A stretch of DNA of 64,000 bases from Antechinus flavipes (lineage: Eukaryota): the NCBI RefSeq assembly GCF_016432865.1, contig NC_067398.1, positions 311,364,001 through 311,428,000 on the forward strand, written 5' to 3'. Positions 1 to 13,180 of this stretch are shown in pieces. Under the pieces are notes generated by a model that saw only the letters and a program-made list of their open reading frames with translations, was not told the origin of the DNA and made no database searches. How positions within the stretch are numbered: position 1 is the stretch's first letter; each line of letters opens with the position of its first letter. The position numbers were made by a program, and so were the translations under genes.

Positions 1-1013
1 GGTACTTAAGTGGTTAACTGAATTTACTAATAATCTATCCATATTAATCTTCCTTATGCACTAAGACTGATCCTTCTAATCTTTCTCAAAAATGTTCAAT
101 GGTTTCTTAGTATAGCAGAATCAATTATTTGATTTATAGCTCTGTTATCTTAATTATCTTTGTTATTATGAGATTCCTATAGCTTGCTGACTAAAGTCAA
201 GACTCCTTAATTTAGCATTAAAACTGCTCCATAGATTGACACCCAGAGGAAGCTACTGATTCCAGAATATTTATGAAGACCACTGGGAATCCCCATTTTT
301 AGTCCCCAAATTCTTTCATATTAGTTCTGAGAGATGGGAACATCCTTAGGAAAGAATTCAAGAATGGCTGGAACTAGTTCTTGAATGTTTTTTCTGCAAA
401 TCCCTTTGTTTCTCTCAATATGTTTGAGCTGGGTGATCTCTAAGGTTCCTTTCAGTTCAAACATTCTATGATTCTAGGAATGGTTCAAGGTCTAGAGTTA
501 GTTCAAAAGACAAAACTGCTTCTTCCAGGAGGAGCAGGGTATGCACATCGTACAAAAGAGGTGATCCAACTGGGTTTAGAAGACAACTCCTAAGGAAGTG
601 ATTGTTTCTTAGTTTATTGTATAACCCTTTAGTTATTATAGACTCAGGGAAGGGAGAGTAGGAGTTGTGAAGTTTTAAAAATATATATATAGGCAATTAT
701 TTCAACATATTTCTTTTGTAATCCTTTGTATTTTATATCTTTAAAATATTTTGCTAAATGGTCCCTAGTATTCCTTTGTTTTTCTATTTTAGCTTGTGTC
801 ATACTTTTTCATATATTTCACCTTTCCTTTCATTAGATTATAAGGTTAACACTGAGAGCAGCGTGTTTTTCTTTGTTGTGTCTGTAGAACCTGGCACAGT
901 ACCTTGAATGTAGTACTTTATATTTTCTGAATTAGGAAAGCAACAAGTGAGGTCTGGCCCATGGAAAACAGCTGGGCATGGCCCTCTGTGCTCAGAAAAG
1001 ATGATGGTACCTA

Positions 1014-1147
1014 NNNNNNNNNNNNNNNNNNNNNNNNNNNNNNNNNNNNNNNNNNNNNNNNNNNNNNNNNNNNNNNNNNNNNNNNNNNNNNNNNNNNNNN
1101 NNNNNNNNNNNNNNNNNNNNNNNNNNNNNNNNNNNNNNNNNNNNNNN
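1014..1147. other. Assembly gap (134 N)
   Basis: Run of N bases. Confidence 0.99.
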
Positions 1148-2211
1148 ATATATATTAGTGATATATATATCTCACAACTATACTCTGGAGTTCTGGTTTA
1201 GAAAGAAGGTTTTAGAGCTCTAACAAACTCCCTGGAAGCTATGAGAATAAGAATTTGTAGACCTAGTCGCAAAAGGCTTTGGAAATGAAAACAGAATGGA
1301 ATAATTTAGGAGATATGACCAGAGTAATTCTCCATAGTTCAGAGCAGATAAGAAAGCCTCTGGAGTTTAGAGAAGACAGGCAGACTTTCTTGGGTCAGGA
1401 GATGAGGCTAGGCCAAAGTTCAAGCACCCTTTCCATGGAAATCCTTTAATGGCTTATTAAAGCCAAGTTTGTACAGGAAGCTAGGATGTGGCCACTGATG
1501 TCAACCAAAAGGCAAAGCAGCAATACATCCCTTGGACTGGCCAATAATGAAATGCATCTGCTTCTGGTCAGAAATGAATATACCAAAAACATTTTGTGTA
1601 GAATTCTTTGTAGAACCAAGTCTGGGTGAGGAAGATTAGGGCTCTCTCCCCCTAACTTATCTGAACTTTCACTTCAGGTATAGTTGACTTTGTTATATAT
1701 GGGCTTTATTATGTGGCATTTGAACCCTGGAACTGGTCCAAAGGTTGGGTTTTGATGGGGTAGAAAGGCCTAATTAGTGAAACTGTTGGGGTATATTTAG
1801 TAGGTAGAAACTAAAAAGGGAGATTTGCTGTTTAATGTGGAGCAGCCAGAGATTTGCAGCAGTCATTAGGACTGGAGCATGGGGCATGTTTTTGGGAGGT
1901 AACAGGAAATTTGATTGGTGTGGCTGTAGAGGGTGGGTTGATAGAATCTAAAAAGATTTAAGTGGGCCTGAAGAAGCTAGCATGTGCAGTTTCAGAAAGT
2001 GGTTTGTAGTTCTTAAAGAGATTAAATTGGCATTTTGGCAAGAAACAGTCCATGGTTTATGAGCTTTAGGTCCTAGGCAACAGTGCCACTAGAATAGGAT
2101 TTTGGTCTCAGGTAGGGAACAAAGTATAATAATGGCTTTTTCCTCCTGTAACCAAGCAGCTGTCTTTTATAAGGCAGCCAGCTACAGGGCTAATAGATCT
2201 AGCTATAACAG

Positions 2212-2213
<2 letters not shown>

Positions 2214-2262
<49 letters not shown>
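2214..2262. repeat. (CA)n microsatellite
   Basis: About 24 perfect AC units. Confidence 0.97.
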
Positions 2263-2266
<4 letters not shown>

Positions 2267-2498
2267 TATTTAGCTCTAGAGGACAGAACTAGGACCAATG
2301 GATAGAAGTTACAAAGAGGCAGATTTCATCTCAGTGAGAGCAAAGAACCTCCTAGCAATTAAGAGTCATCCTAAATAAGTGAATTGGCCCATGAAGCAAT
2401 GAATTCCTTCCTTTTGCAGGAATATTAGCTGAGGCTAGACAATCACTCAATAGGAATTTTGTAAAGAGGATTCATATTTCAGGAAGAGTTAGTTATAC

Positions 2499-2828
2499 CA
2501 GAGCTTCTTAAACTTTTTCTATTTGTAATCCCTTTTTGCCCAAGAAACTTTTACATGTCCCCATTTCGAATCTGAGCCATTTCTGACAGGGTTTGTGCAT
2601 GTATAGTACAAAGTGTGTACTTAGTGTGTTCAGAACTAAGGCTACAGTAAAGTATCACAATGCAACACTGGCAAGCATTGCTAGAAACATCCGATTCATT
2701 AAACATTTGATTTTGAATTTTTGGTCACTGCATTCAGAAACCTTTTACTGTTGCCTAATTTTTCACAACCCCCATAATCAGTTACGTGATCCCATATGGA
2801 GTCATGATCTACAGTTTAAGCACCTTTA
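2499..2828. mobile_element. Non-autonomous hAT/Charlie-type DNA transposon (MITE)
   Basis: Starts CAGAGCTTCTTAAACT, ends near AGTTTAAGCACCTTTA (degenerate TIR); flanks AGTTATAC and GGTTATAT look like an 8-bp TSD (6/8). Confidence 0.55.
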
Positions 2829-4379
2829 GGTTATATGAACCCACCCAGTAGTTCTTCCAACTCCAGGATTTTGTAGAAAAAGAGGATGAGATAGCAGAAA
2901 GACAAAAATTCATGATTAGTCACTGTGTGTTTGGCTTTATTTTAGATATTAGAGATACAAAACCAAAAAGTGAAATAGTGCCTGTCCTCAAGAAGCTTAA
3001 TTCCACTGGTGAGCTAGCATATTCAGAAACCTATAACTATGAAGAATAGGATACCATTAACAATTGGGAGTATCAGAGAAGATTTCACAAAGGAGGTGGA
3101 CACTGAATAGAAGCCTTAAAAAAAAAAAAAAAAGAATTTTGGAAGTGGAAATGAGGAGATATATTCCTATGGGCATGTGAGACACATTTGTGTAAATCTA
3201 ATAAGGTATAACATGAGATGCTACCTTAGAGTAACTATTATTAGTGGTTCTGTTTGTCTTGTATATAAAGAGTACATGAGAGAAAATAATGTGAATTAAT
3301 GCTGGAAAGGTGATTTGTAGTCAAATTTAGGGAGACTTTTTAGCCAGGCTGAGGAATTCGTTTTCTCTCTTCCGAGAAATTGGCAGTCACTGAAAGCTTT
3401 GGAGTAGGAAGTCACATGGGTAGGCCTTTGCTGATTGAAGATTATTTTGGCAGTTGGGTGGAAGTTAAAGGAGGAAAGAGGAAGGAACAGACTAGAAGCC
3501 AGTAGGCCAATTATGTGAACAGGTTAGATGACTTTCTTTAGATAATTCCAAACTGTTTTTCAGAAGAGTAGATTCTTTGATTTTATTGTCCTCCCATATA
3601 TTAAAAAAAAAAATACATTTTTTACTATATGTACTGAGAATCAGTGAAGTTAAGCCACCAGCTGGATTCTCCATGACTAAAGGTTCCCCTGTGGAATAAG
3701 CTTTTTTCTATGGTTGAAAGCATTTTAACCACTTGGAGGATAGTTATTGCTGTCATAGTTGTGGCTGAGACCAGCTGGAGGTTATAAAATGCATCCACTT
3801 TGGGGATTGAGTTTCAGTGATGGCATTAGAATAGGATAGAGTATGATAAATGCTTTTTACACTAACCCCCACAGGGTAGACAGAGGTTTCATTTGGATAA
3901 TAAAGGTAGCTGGGACTTGGATTTAATATTTTATTAATGGATTTATTTGTGAGATACTTTCATAAACACATCTCTTATTTCACATGTATTGTATTTCACC
4001 CTCCCCCATCTAAAAATAGGGTTTTATAAACTGATATCGAATAAGTTTTATATGGATTTTAAAATAACTCAATATTAGATTTAACAACAAAATGAATCTA
4101 CATGTGAATTTTGATGTTAAAAAACTGAATTTAGAATTAGTTACTACTAGTTAGCACATGCTTATTGATGGGATAAAGAAATGTAGAGAAAGGCCAGGTA
4201 GAATAGTTGAAAGAACAGTGGCCAAGGAGTCAAGGAAAGTCTTTGAAAATTTTTGAAAAAAGGATTGTGATCAGTCTTATACACTAAGGAAATTAATCTG
4301 GGTGAATTTCACAAGCAGCTCTGGCAGCTGGGGTCAGGAAGAACTTCCTGGAGAAGGTGGCACTGGAACTTAGAATAAG

Positions 4380-5110
4380 GGTAGAGATTCTAGGAGGAGT
4401 AAAGGAGAAGGAAATGCACTCCCAACATGGAAAATAGCCTGCATAAGGCAGATGTGCATGGGAGATGGTATATCATGTTGAAGGGACAACATGTAGGCCA
4501 GTCTGGCTAAACTATAGAATAAATGGAGGGAAACATAGTATAAGAAACATAGAAAGTAGGATGGAGGTAGAAGCCAGATTGTGACAAATTTTTAAAGTGA
4601 AATAAGTTTGCCATTGTTTTTAGAAGCAATAAGGAGCCATTGAAACTTCTTGAGCAGAGGAGTGATGTAGTAACAACTGTGGTTTGGGAATATTTTGGCA
4701 GTTTGATGGATGATGTACTGGAATGAGGAGAAACTGGAAGACAGAGAACAATTAGCAGAATGGAGATAACATGGGCTGGAAATGTGATGTCCTGAACTGA
4801 ACATGAAAGGGTGAGGAGTAAGAGATATCGTAGGATAGGAGGACAGACAAGATTTGTTAATCTGATTGGATATGAAAGAGAAGAGAAGAGAAAGTCAAGG
4901 AAAAAGAATGACTGAGTTTGTGAGCTTGGATGACTAGAACAGAAATAGGAAAAGTCTGGAAAACAGATAGGTAGGTCTGAGAGGAAAGAGAATGAGTTTT
5001 GTGTTAGGCTTGCTGAGCTTGAGATGTCTAGAGAACCTCCAGTCAGAAATGTCCAATAAACAATTGGACCCAATTCAATACAAAGCAAAAAACAAAGTGC
5101 TAAGAGATAC
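4380..5110 (-). mobile_element. LINE-2 fragment
   Basis: Purine-rich reverse-strand L2 body (e.g. AGAAGCAATAAGGAGCCATTGAAAC, GAGCTTGAGATGTCTAGAGAAC). Confidence 0.65.
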
Positions 5111-6249
5111 AAAGATGACTAAGTCATGGTCCCTTCCTTCAAGTAAAGACAAGAAAGCTTATTTACAAGATCAATGAAAGTTCTCTCTTCCATAGCACAG
5201 CATTTAGGAGAACAGCACCTCTTACCACCTGGAAAACCTGTATAAAAATTTTTATCCCTGTCTCTCTTCATTCCAAATAAGTCCCAAGTTTTTCTTTTTC
5301 CTTTATGGAGTGTTTACAGTACCTTATTGTAAAATTTGGGCTATTAATACAGTATTATAGATATGTTTTGTGCATTTCTGCCTTCACTTGCCATTTGTGG
5401 TTTCTACAAAACTCCAAAAAAAAAAAAAAAAAAAAGCATATTTAATTTATCCCGATATAACAAAATTGCAATGGGAAAAGTCAAGATGTGAAAGGGATAA
5501 TTTGTAATCCAGGTAAGGGGCAATGAACACCTGACCTGAGGTAGGAGCATAGGAATGAAGATGAGAAATTAAGGGTAGAGAAAGGAGTCAAAAATTCCTC
5601 AAAGATAACAAAGAAGAGGAATGTGGTGCTGTTAACAGAACTTAAAAAAAAAAAAAAAAAAAAAACCTTTCTCTTGTACAAATCACAGGATATTATAAGA
5701 TATGGTCAATTTATCTCAAGAACCATTGAATCTAACAATTGGAAGAACTCTTAGTCAGCTGTTCAAAACATCTAATGTAAGAATCCCCTCTAAATATTAG
5801 GCTCACCCCTATCCACTGAACCATCTAGCTTCTTACTCCATCTATGACAAAAATAGAAAACACCTTTACAACAATCCTGCCAAAATGATCACCCAATTTT
5901 TGCACAAAGATCTCCAAAGAGAGGGAACCTACTTCTCAAGATGGCACATACTTCTGAGGTAGCTTTACTTGTTAGAAAGTGAGCTGCTGACGGTGGTGTT
6001 TATAATGGAGTTTAAATCTTTCTTTCAAAACATCCAGACGTTGCTCCAAGTTCCATTCTCTGAAGTCAAGTCTTGCCTAGGATTACACAGCTACTAAATG
6101 TCTGAGGACAGATTTGAACTGAGGAAGTTGTCTTTCTGACTTCAAACTCAGTACTCAATGCACTTTGTTACTACCTACCTTAGATACTCCCTCAAATATC
6201 CTGCTACCTGCAAACATATATGCCTTAACTGCTCTTTAAAAAAAAAAAA

Positions 6250-7240
6250 TCCTCACTTGATCTGACTATACCTATTTTTCAACTTCCCTTTGATTTTCAA
6301 CTACAGGTCATCTATAATAAGTGACTCCCTCTACTTTTTCTCCTCCCACCTTTCTGTAATCCCTTTGTATCCTGAACTCTCCATTCAACTGATATTTGTT
6401 CTCCCCAAAGTTACCAATGATATTTTGTCAAATCTAAGTCTTTTCTTAATCTTCAATCTTTCTTCACCTCTCTGCACAGTCTCTTGACACAATCAATCAT
6501 CCTCTCTCCCTGGATACTCTCCCCTCTCTAGGTTTTCATGATAATTGTCCCTGCTTGGTTCTCTCCCTACCCATGTGACCTCCTCTTCTAAGTCTCCTTT
6601 GCTAAATCTTCATCCAAGCCATGCCTACTAATAATTTCTAATCCTCAAGACTCTACCTTGGGTCCTTTTTTTTTTTCTTCCTTCAAAAGCTTCCATTGGT
6701 CCCAATTATCATCTCTAAGCAAATAATTCTCAGAGTCCTAAATTCAGCTCTAATGTGCTTCCTGACTTCTAATAGTACATTACCAAGTGATTTTGATATC
6801 TTGAACTGGATATCCCACAGGCAACACCAAATTAATATAATCAAATTCCTTCCCTCCTCTGCCACAATGATCTTAAGACACAAATATGACCATGTCGCAA
6901 TTCATTTCAGTGGCTCCCTAATACCTTCAGGATCAACTGTCCTGCTAACTTTCAGTCTGGTCCCTTCATATTTATGCCCCTGTGCCTCAACGTTCTCCTC
7001 ACCTCAATCTAGTAGTTTCTTGGACTTTCTTCAAGATTTAGCTCAGTGTTTAGAACTTTTCCTAATCCTTCCAATCCTACTCTCAACTGCTAATCCTTCC
7101 TCTGAGATTACCTTCCATTTACATTCTACATATCTGCTACACACATAATTATCTTGTAAGCTCCTTGAGAACAAGACCCATATTTTTGTTTGTCTTTGTA
7201 TCGAAGTGCTTAACTCAGTTCCATATACAGAGTAGGTTTA
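6250..7240 (+). mobile_element. LINE-2 3' fragment
   Basis: Pyrimidine-rich L2 ORF2 remnant (CCCCAAAGTTACCAATGA...) and L2 tail (GTAAGCTCCTTGAGAACAAGACC). Confidence 0.7.
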
Positions 7241-10200
7241 TGAGACTGATCATGTACAAGTCACTTAGCCTCCCAGTGTCCCAAGCAACTCTATAAAACA
7301 TTAGGTGGCAGTAGAATTATTATTTTTTTTAAATTTTTAATCTATGCTAAATATTTTAACTACTATATTTTTTTCCAGAAGTGGGATGAAGATATTCAGT
7401 CCTTATAAATTCTTTTAAAGCTAGCTACCACAAACAAAAGTTATTTTTCACTAACACAGTACTTATTTATTTGAAGGATCAATGCATTGTAGATGCAAGG
7501 ATTTACTAGCACCTCTTTTGTGGATTTCAGTACTCTGAAATAGAATTTATCCAGACTTGGTGACTTGGGGGCAGCTAAGAAGAAGAAATTTCTTCATCTT
7601 TAATTTAGTATGAAAATAATTATTAGGGAGTTGTAATCTAGCTTCATTCAAAAGACCATTGTTCTTGGCAGGGAAAAGAGCATCTAAGTAACATGTAAGT
7701 AATCCGGTTATCTACTGTCCTTTGATAATAATGTTCCTCCTGACATTGGTCTCGAAATGTTAGAAATATAGTATAGATTACGTTAAAAGTCTGTCACCTT
7801 CAAATTTCTCTTAAGTTTTTTGAAGGACAATACTTAATTGAAAATGGTTCCCCATTCATCAGGCAGCCAGGATGAAATAGGCTGCCAACAATCTGAAACA
7901 GTTCGGTCGGATGAGGCTTTGTGGAATCAGTGGTGGAAGCAAAGAACATTTTCTTGGCTTTTACCATGTATACAGTGGGCTCTCAGTAAATATTTGACGA
8001 TGATGATGACTATACCACAGCATAAAAATTTAACATCTCTATGTTGCAATCTGTCCAATTCAGAATGGAACAAAAATCACCTTCTTTCCAGTTTCTTCTC
8101 TTCCCATTTCATCTGCTGCAGGTCAAAGTTGTGATATAGTGAAAATGAATGTGAAAAGGCTATTTAAGGATTTCGTATTGATAGTAGTAATATGTTCTTG
8201 GGGTATGATTGTGTCTCAATTGGCAACAATACTAGAACAATACAGATTCAAGTGCAGACAGAGCAGCTAAGTGAATAATAGAGATCATAATACCAATGTC
8301 AGAAGATAAAAACCTATATTAGGATGGTAGCAGTAGGAAAGGAAGAAGAACTGGATCTGATTTTGTACTTGAAAAGCAAAAAGCAAAAAATGACTGGAGG
8401 TTGCAAACATTGACAGGTATTGCTAGTGCCACTGACAGTAGTTAACTATAAAAATTAGGAATGGAAGAAAATAACTTTGGTTTCTGACATGTTGAGTTTG
8501 TATGTCATCAAAAGAAACTGGCATGAACCAATAAATATTTCAGGGAACTTGTCAGCCTTTGTGTGGTGAGCTGAAATCTAATGAGCCCCTCTAAAATAAA
8601 ATGGACTAAGATCTCAAGTCCCCCATTCCTGGAGATATTTAAGCAGAGATTAATGACCACTCCCCAAAAATGTTGAAGCAAGGATTCTTATATTCAGTAG
8701 GACATTGGGCTAAATAATCTATAAGATCCATTCTTAGTCGAGGAGTGATTTTTTTTTAATTTAAATCTTTTTTTCCAATTAACAAAAATCAATTTTCTTT
8801 CCTTCCCACCTCCCTTCCCTACTAGAAATGAAAAACCAACTCTGCCTCCCCCCCAAAAAAAAACACACCTCTTATAATAAACTCCTTCCTGAATTGGCCA
8901 TGATCAAAAAATATTTATCTCAGTCTGCATCCTGAGTCCATCACCACTCTGACTGGAGGTGAGTGGTATGCTTTATCATGGGTAAGTCTTTATGATTCTA
9001 AAAAATAAATCTGAACCATTGAGAAAATACTAGAGTAGAGGATTAGAAGCATAATATTCAAATATAATCTAGGAACCAATTGTATAGAATAATTGAAATC
9101 ATAAGAATGGATGAGTTAATAGGCTCAAGAAAAACTGTGCCATATTATTCAAGGTCAGTTTAACTACAAATGAGGCTTCGAGTAGAAAAGGCAATAGATT
9201 TATAGAAGATCTGTTTTTGAAAACTAGTTTTACTCCTTCAATCTGCGTGATCTTGTGCATATCTATAAAATGAAGGAGTTAGACCAGATGATCCTCAAGG
9301 TCTTTTTTCTACTCTAAATCTTCAATCCTATGATCCTACAAATTCAGTGATAAGAGAAATACTGATCGGAGCCAATGAGATATATATACATACATACACA
9401 GGAGAGTCATGACAAATACTAATGGAACTTATCCACTTATGGAATTTTTAATCCTTCTATTCCAATCAATATCTATGAAACGAAGGAGACAAATGAAAAA
9501 GTTAGAAGTAGATCTCTGCTCACGAAGAACTCTTAAGAATACCTACAGTGTCTTCCCTCTCGCACCAAAGCACTCCATATATCCAGGGCAGGGAAATCAG
9601 AATCTGTGGAAGATGAAGAGGACCCAGCTCTTTGCTTAGGCCTGGGTATCCGCCAATCCTGAACACACACTTCTGCCTCAGGCAAGGGCTACTGGGTAGT
9701 TTAGGGGAAGGAGGTAGGTAGATGAGAGGTGTGGCTGACTCCCTAGGGAGAAATCAAGGCAGTTGAGCCACAGTCTGTGATGCCTGTGGGAGCCCTGAAC
9801 CTTTATGGTTTCCTGTGCTCTGGTTGTCCTGGTAACCTGTGGCCTCCCTATTTGTACTGGCACTGTGGTGCCAAGAGCGGAAGCAAAACTGAAGCAGGGG
9901 GAAGACTTGTAGGGAAAAATGTGGGTAATGCAGCAACTATGCCATTGCAAGGTCAAGCCTAGGGCAGAGATATGGGGAACAGTTCCTAAAGATTTACGCT
10001 ATACCTGAAGGAGATAGTTAGGCTTTGGCTGTGGAAAAAGATAAGGATGACATCTAGAAACAGAAAAGGATAATGCTAAGTAGTAGCTAAATCTTTAGAA
10101 GAAAAGAATGAGAGTGATAAACATCTCACCTTAAATGGATAACTCAAATTCCTTTACCAGAAAATATAGTCACCAACAATGATATGTACACAAACTCCTA

Positions 10201-10799
10201 CCCTCAAGTTACAGAGGTTTATTAAAAGAAAATAAAATCTTAGACTCATTCAAACCTAGAAAAATCTAGAGACTCAAAGATGGTGAGTGTTTTTAGGATT
10301 AACTGAATGTTGAATTTTGTGTAGTCATGAAAAATTAGCAAAGGATTTTAGAGTTGAGCCAAGAAGTAATAAGAGAATTTGATAAGGTAACTTTAGCAGT
10401 GTTGAAGATAGGCCTGGAAAGTTAGCAAAGCCTGAGTAGAATGTCGGGAGAGATCTTCCTGATCACTTAAAATCAAGGACATCAAGGAAAAAAGCAGGCT
10501 TGTCCAGACATGTCCCTGCTGTCAATAGATTCCTAAACCAACACAGTAGTGCAATTCTTATAATCTCCTCCACTCATCATAGAATTTTAAAGCCAGCAGA
10601 GACATTAGAATTTGTTTTGGTTAATCCTCTATAATGCATCAGTTCCCTCCCCAAGTCACCTCTCTCTTCATTAAATTCTCTCAGATTGTTCTGAAGAGTT
10701 GTTTCCTCCTACCCCTGTTCAATGTAGACATGGAATTTTTCATGGCTGCTCTCAGATCTCTATTCCAGGAATGGGTTTAGCCTTGTGTTTAAACTCTAA

Positions 10800-10990
10800 T
10801 ATGCATTTCTATATTTATATATATACACTATATTATACATACATAACAATATACATCATACATATGTATATATATATATATATGTAGAATTATATATTGT
10901 ATATACATATTCATATGCAGAATGCAATATACAATGTGTGTGTGTATATATATATATTGTAATTTTTCTGTTGACCATATATCCATTTGT
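10800..10990. repeat. AT-rich (TA)n/(TG)n low-complexity tract
   Basis: Interrupted TATATA/TGTGTG runs. Confidence 0.85.
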
Positions 10991-11099
10991 ACATTTATAG
11001 TAGTGTCTTTGTACACACCTAGAGAACAGGTCTATAAATTCTCTATATAGGAGTTTAATTAAACTTTTTATATTTATAATGATAATAATTAACACATGT

Positions 11100-11290
11100 C
11101 TAGCACTTTGAAATCTGCAAATTAATTTACATATATTATCTCACATAAACCTGGGAAACTGATATAAGTGTTATCATTCTCATTTTACAGATGATCATCA
11201 GACCAGATTGCCCACTGTCATACAACTAGTTAACTATCAGAGGTAGAGCTAAGATGTGAATCCAGGTCTTTTAACTATGAATCTAATATC
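11100..11290 (-). mobile_element. MIR-type SINE
   Basis: CATTTTACAGATGA...GAATCCAGGTCTTTTAACT, reverse of the MIR core. Confidence 0.65.
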
Positions 11291-11929
11291 ACCATCCAAT
11301 GAAACATGCTATCCCTCATAATTATGATATGGTTAAAGATCTTGGATATCAATCAACAAACATTTATTAGGTGACAGATGCCATGCTAAGCACTAGATTT
11401 ACAAAAAGAGGCAAAAGATAGTCGATCCTTAACTTCAAGGAGCTTACAACCTAATGATAATAGATGTTAAGAGAAGAAATTGAGGAAGGTTGCTAATTTG
11501 AAAAAACTTCTTACTCAAAAATGATGCCTCCTATGTCTTAAGTACTGTGCTTGGGATAGGGAAAAGACAAAAATTAATAAATTCTAGTCCCTGACCCTCA
11601 AAGTTTATAGTGTATATAAGCTAAAAAGATGGCATTACATACAAATCTCTTTCTACAATATACCCAGATGACATTATTCAGGCTGGAGGAATCTAAGATA
11701 TATTTATGAAGATGGCTGAACTGGATCTGTAACTGGGAGAGAGTTAAGTTTAACTGAGCTTGGAACCAGATATGGAATTGGCCTCTGAAGGAAGACTATA
11801 GACGCTTGACTGTAGAAGAAGGCAGATAGGAAAATAAATTGCCACATGGAGAATAAGTTCTCTGGTCCTGTATAGAAATAAGATGCTACAAGGAAATAAA
11901 TTCCTAATGCAGGAAACAGAGAAAGGAAA

Positions 11930-13060
11930 GGAGATTATTCTAAACAGAGGAAAAGGTTAAACAAAAGCAGGAAAAGGATATTTGGGGAATAGCCACTGAT
12001 CTAGATTGGCAACATCAAAGAGTGAGTAAAAAAAAAAAAAAAAAACAGAAACCAAGACCAAAAGGTAACTTTGAGGACTCAGCATGGAAGACCCTGAATG
12101 ACCTGTTGAGGATGTTGACTTTATTCTGTAGACAATGAGGAGCAATGAAGGTTTTTAACCGAAGGAATAATATTATGAGTACTGTTGGAAGCAGGATATT
12201 TAGGGTAGAATGGAAAAGAGATTAGATGAGAGGAGAACTGCAGAAGTTATTCCAATAGTCCAATCAAAAGATAAAGGCCAGATAGATGGAGATAGGAAAA
12301 ATAGAAAAGTCTGAATACAATTGATTTGAAAGAGGAGGGAGGGAGAATAAAAAGGACTTGTTGATTGATTGGACATGAGAACTTTGGTACATGGCAAAGT
12401 GGACATACCATTACTAGAAATAAGGGATTTAAGATGAAGAGCTGGTTTGTTTAATGTGTGAGGTTGGTAAGTTATCCAAACATTAATGTCCAACAGGAAA
12501 CTAAAAAGGTGGGGCTAGAACTAAAGGAAAAATATAACATAGAATGTTGGCTTCAAAGTCAGGAAAACCTGGGTTCAAGTACTCCTTCTAATACATTTTG
12601 GCTCTGTGATCCTGAACAAGGTTGACTCTTTTATAGGTTCCCAAACAATTGCAGAGCTGTATGAACAAAGGGAATTTCCTAGTTAAAGAATCTCCTATCA
12701 TAAAACCAAACTAAGAAAAAAAAAGTATGGAACTAGAGATAGAGATTTGATATTCATTTGGAAAGAAATTATAGTTGAAGCCATGGAAGAGGATTAGACT
12801 GTCAAGAAAAACTTATAGAACTAAAAAAGAGAACTGAGAACAAAACTTTGGGAAATGCCCACATTTAGTAGATGGAAAGAATAAAAAAGGAATTCAGGAG
12901 TAATCAGAAACATATCTTCAAAATTAGATCTGGGTCAAAAGCAAGAGGTTTCTAGTAGGGCATGGTGAACAGAATTAAACTCTACAAAGAGGTTGTAAAG
13001 GATAAAAAGTAAGCCAATTAGATGGTCACTTTCAAGGAAGCATTTTTAGATGAGAAATGG
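11930..13060 (-). mobile_element. LINE-2 fragment with nested SINE (about 12550-12720)
   Basis: Reverse L2 body (GACAATGAGGAGCAATGAAGGTTTTTAA, CCATTACTAGAAATAAGG); nested tRNA-derived SINE head with A-tail. Confidence 0.6.
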
Positions 13061-13094
13061 AGTGGAAACAAGATTTGCAAGGGGTTAAAAAGTG

Positions 13095-13180
13095 AATGAG
13101 GAAAGAAAGAAAGGAAAGAGAGAGAGAGAGAGAGAAAGGAGAGAAGAAAAAGGAGAGAGAGGAAGAAAGAAAGAAAAAAA
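13095..13180. repeat. Polypurine (GA/AAAG)n tract
   Basis: Nearly pure A/G run. Confidence 0.85.

Noticed and set aside
947-1201. ORFs spanning the N run
   Set aside because: Artefacts of the assembly gap.
4507-5112. 201-aa minus-strand ORF
   Set aside because: Ser/Leu/Phe-rich reading of an L2 remnant; no splice context or recognisable host protein.
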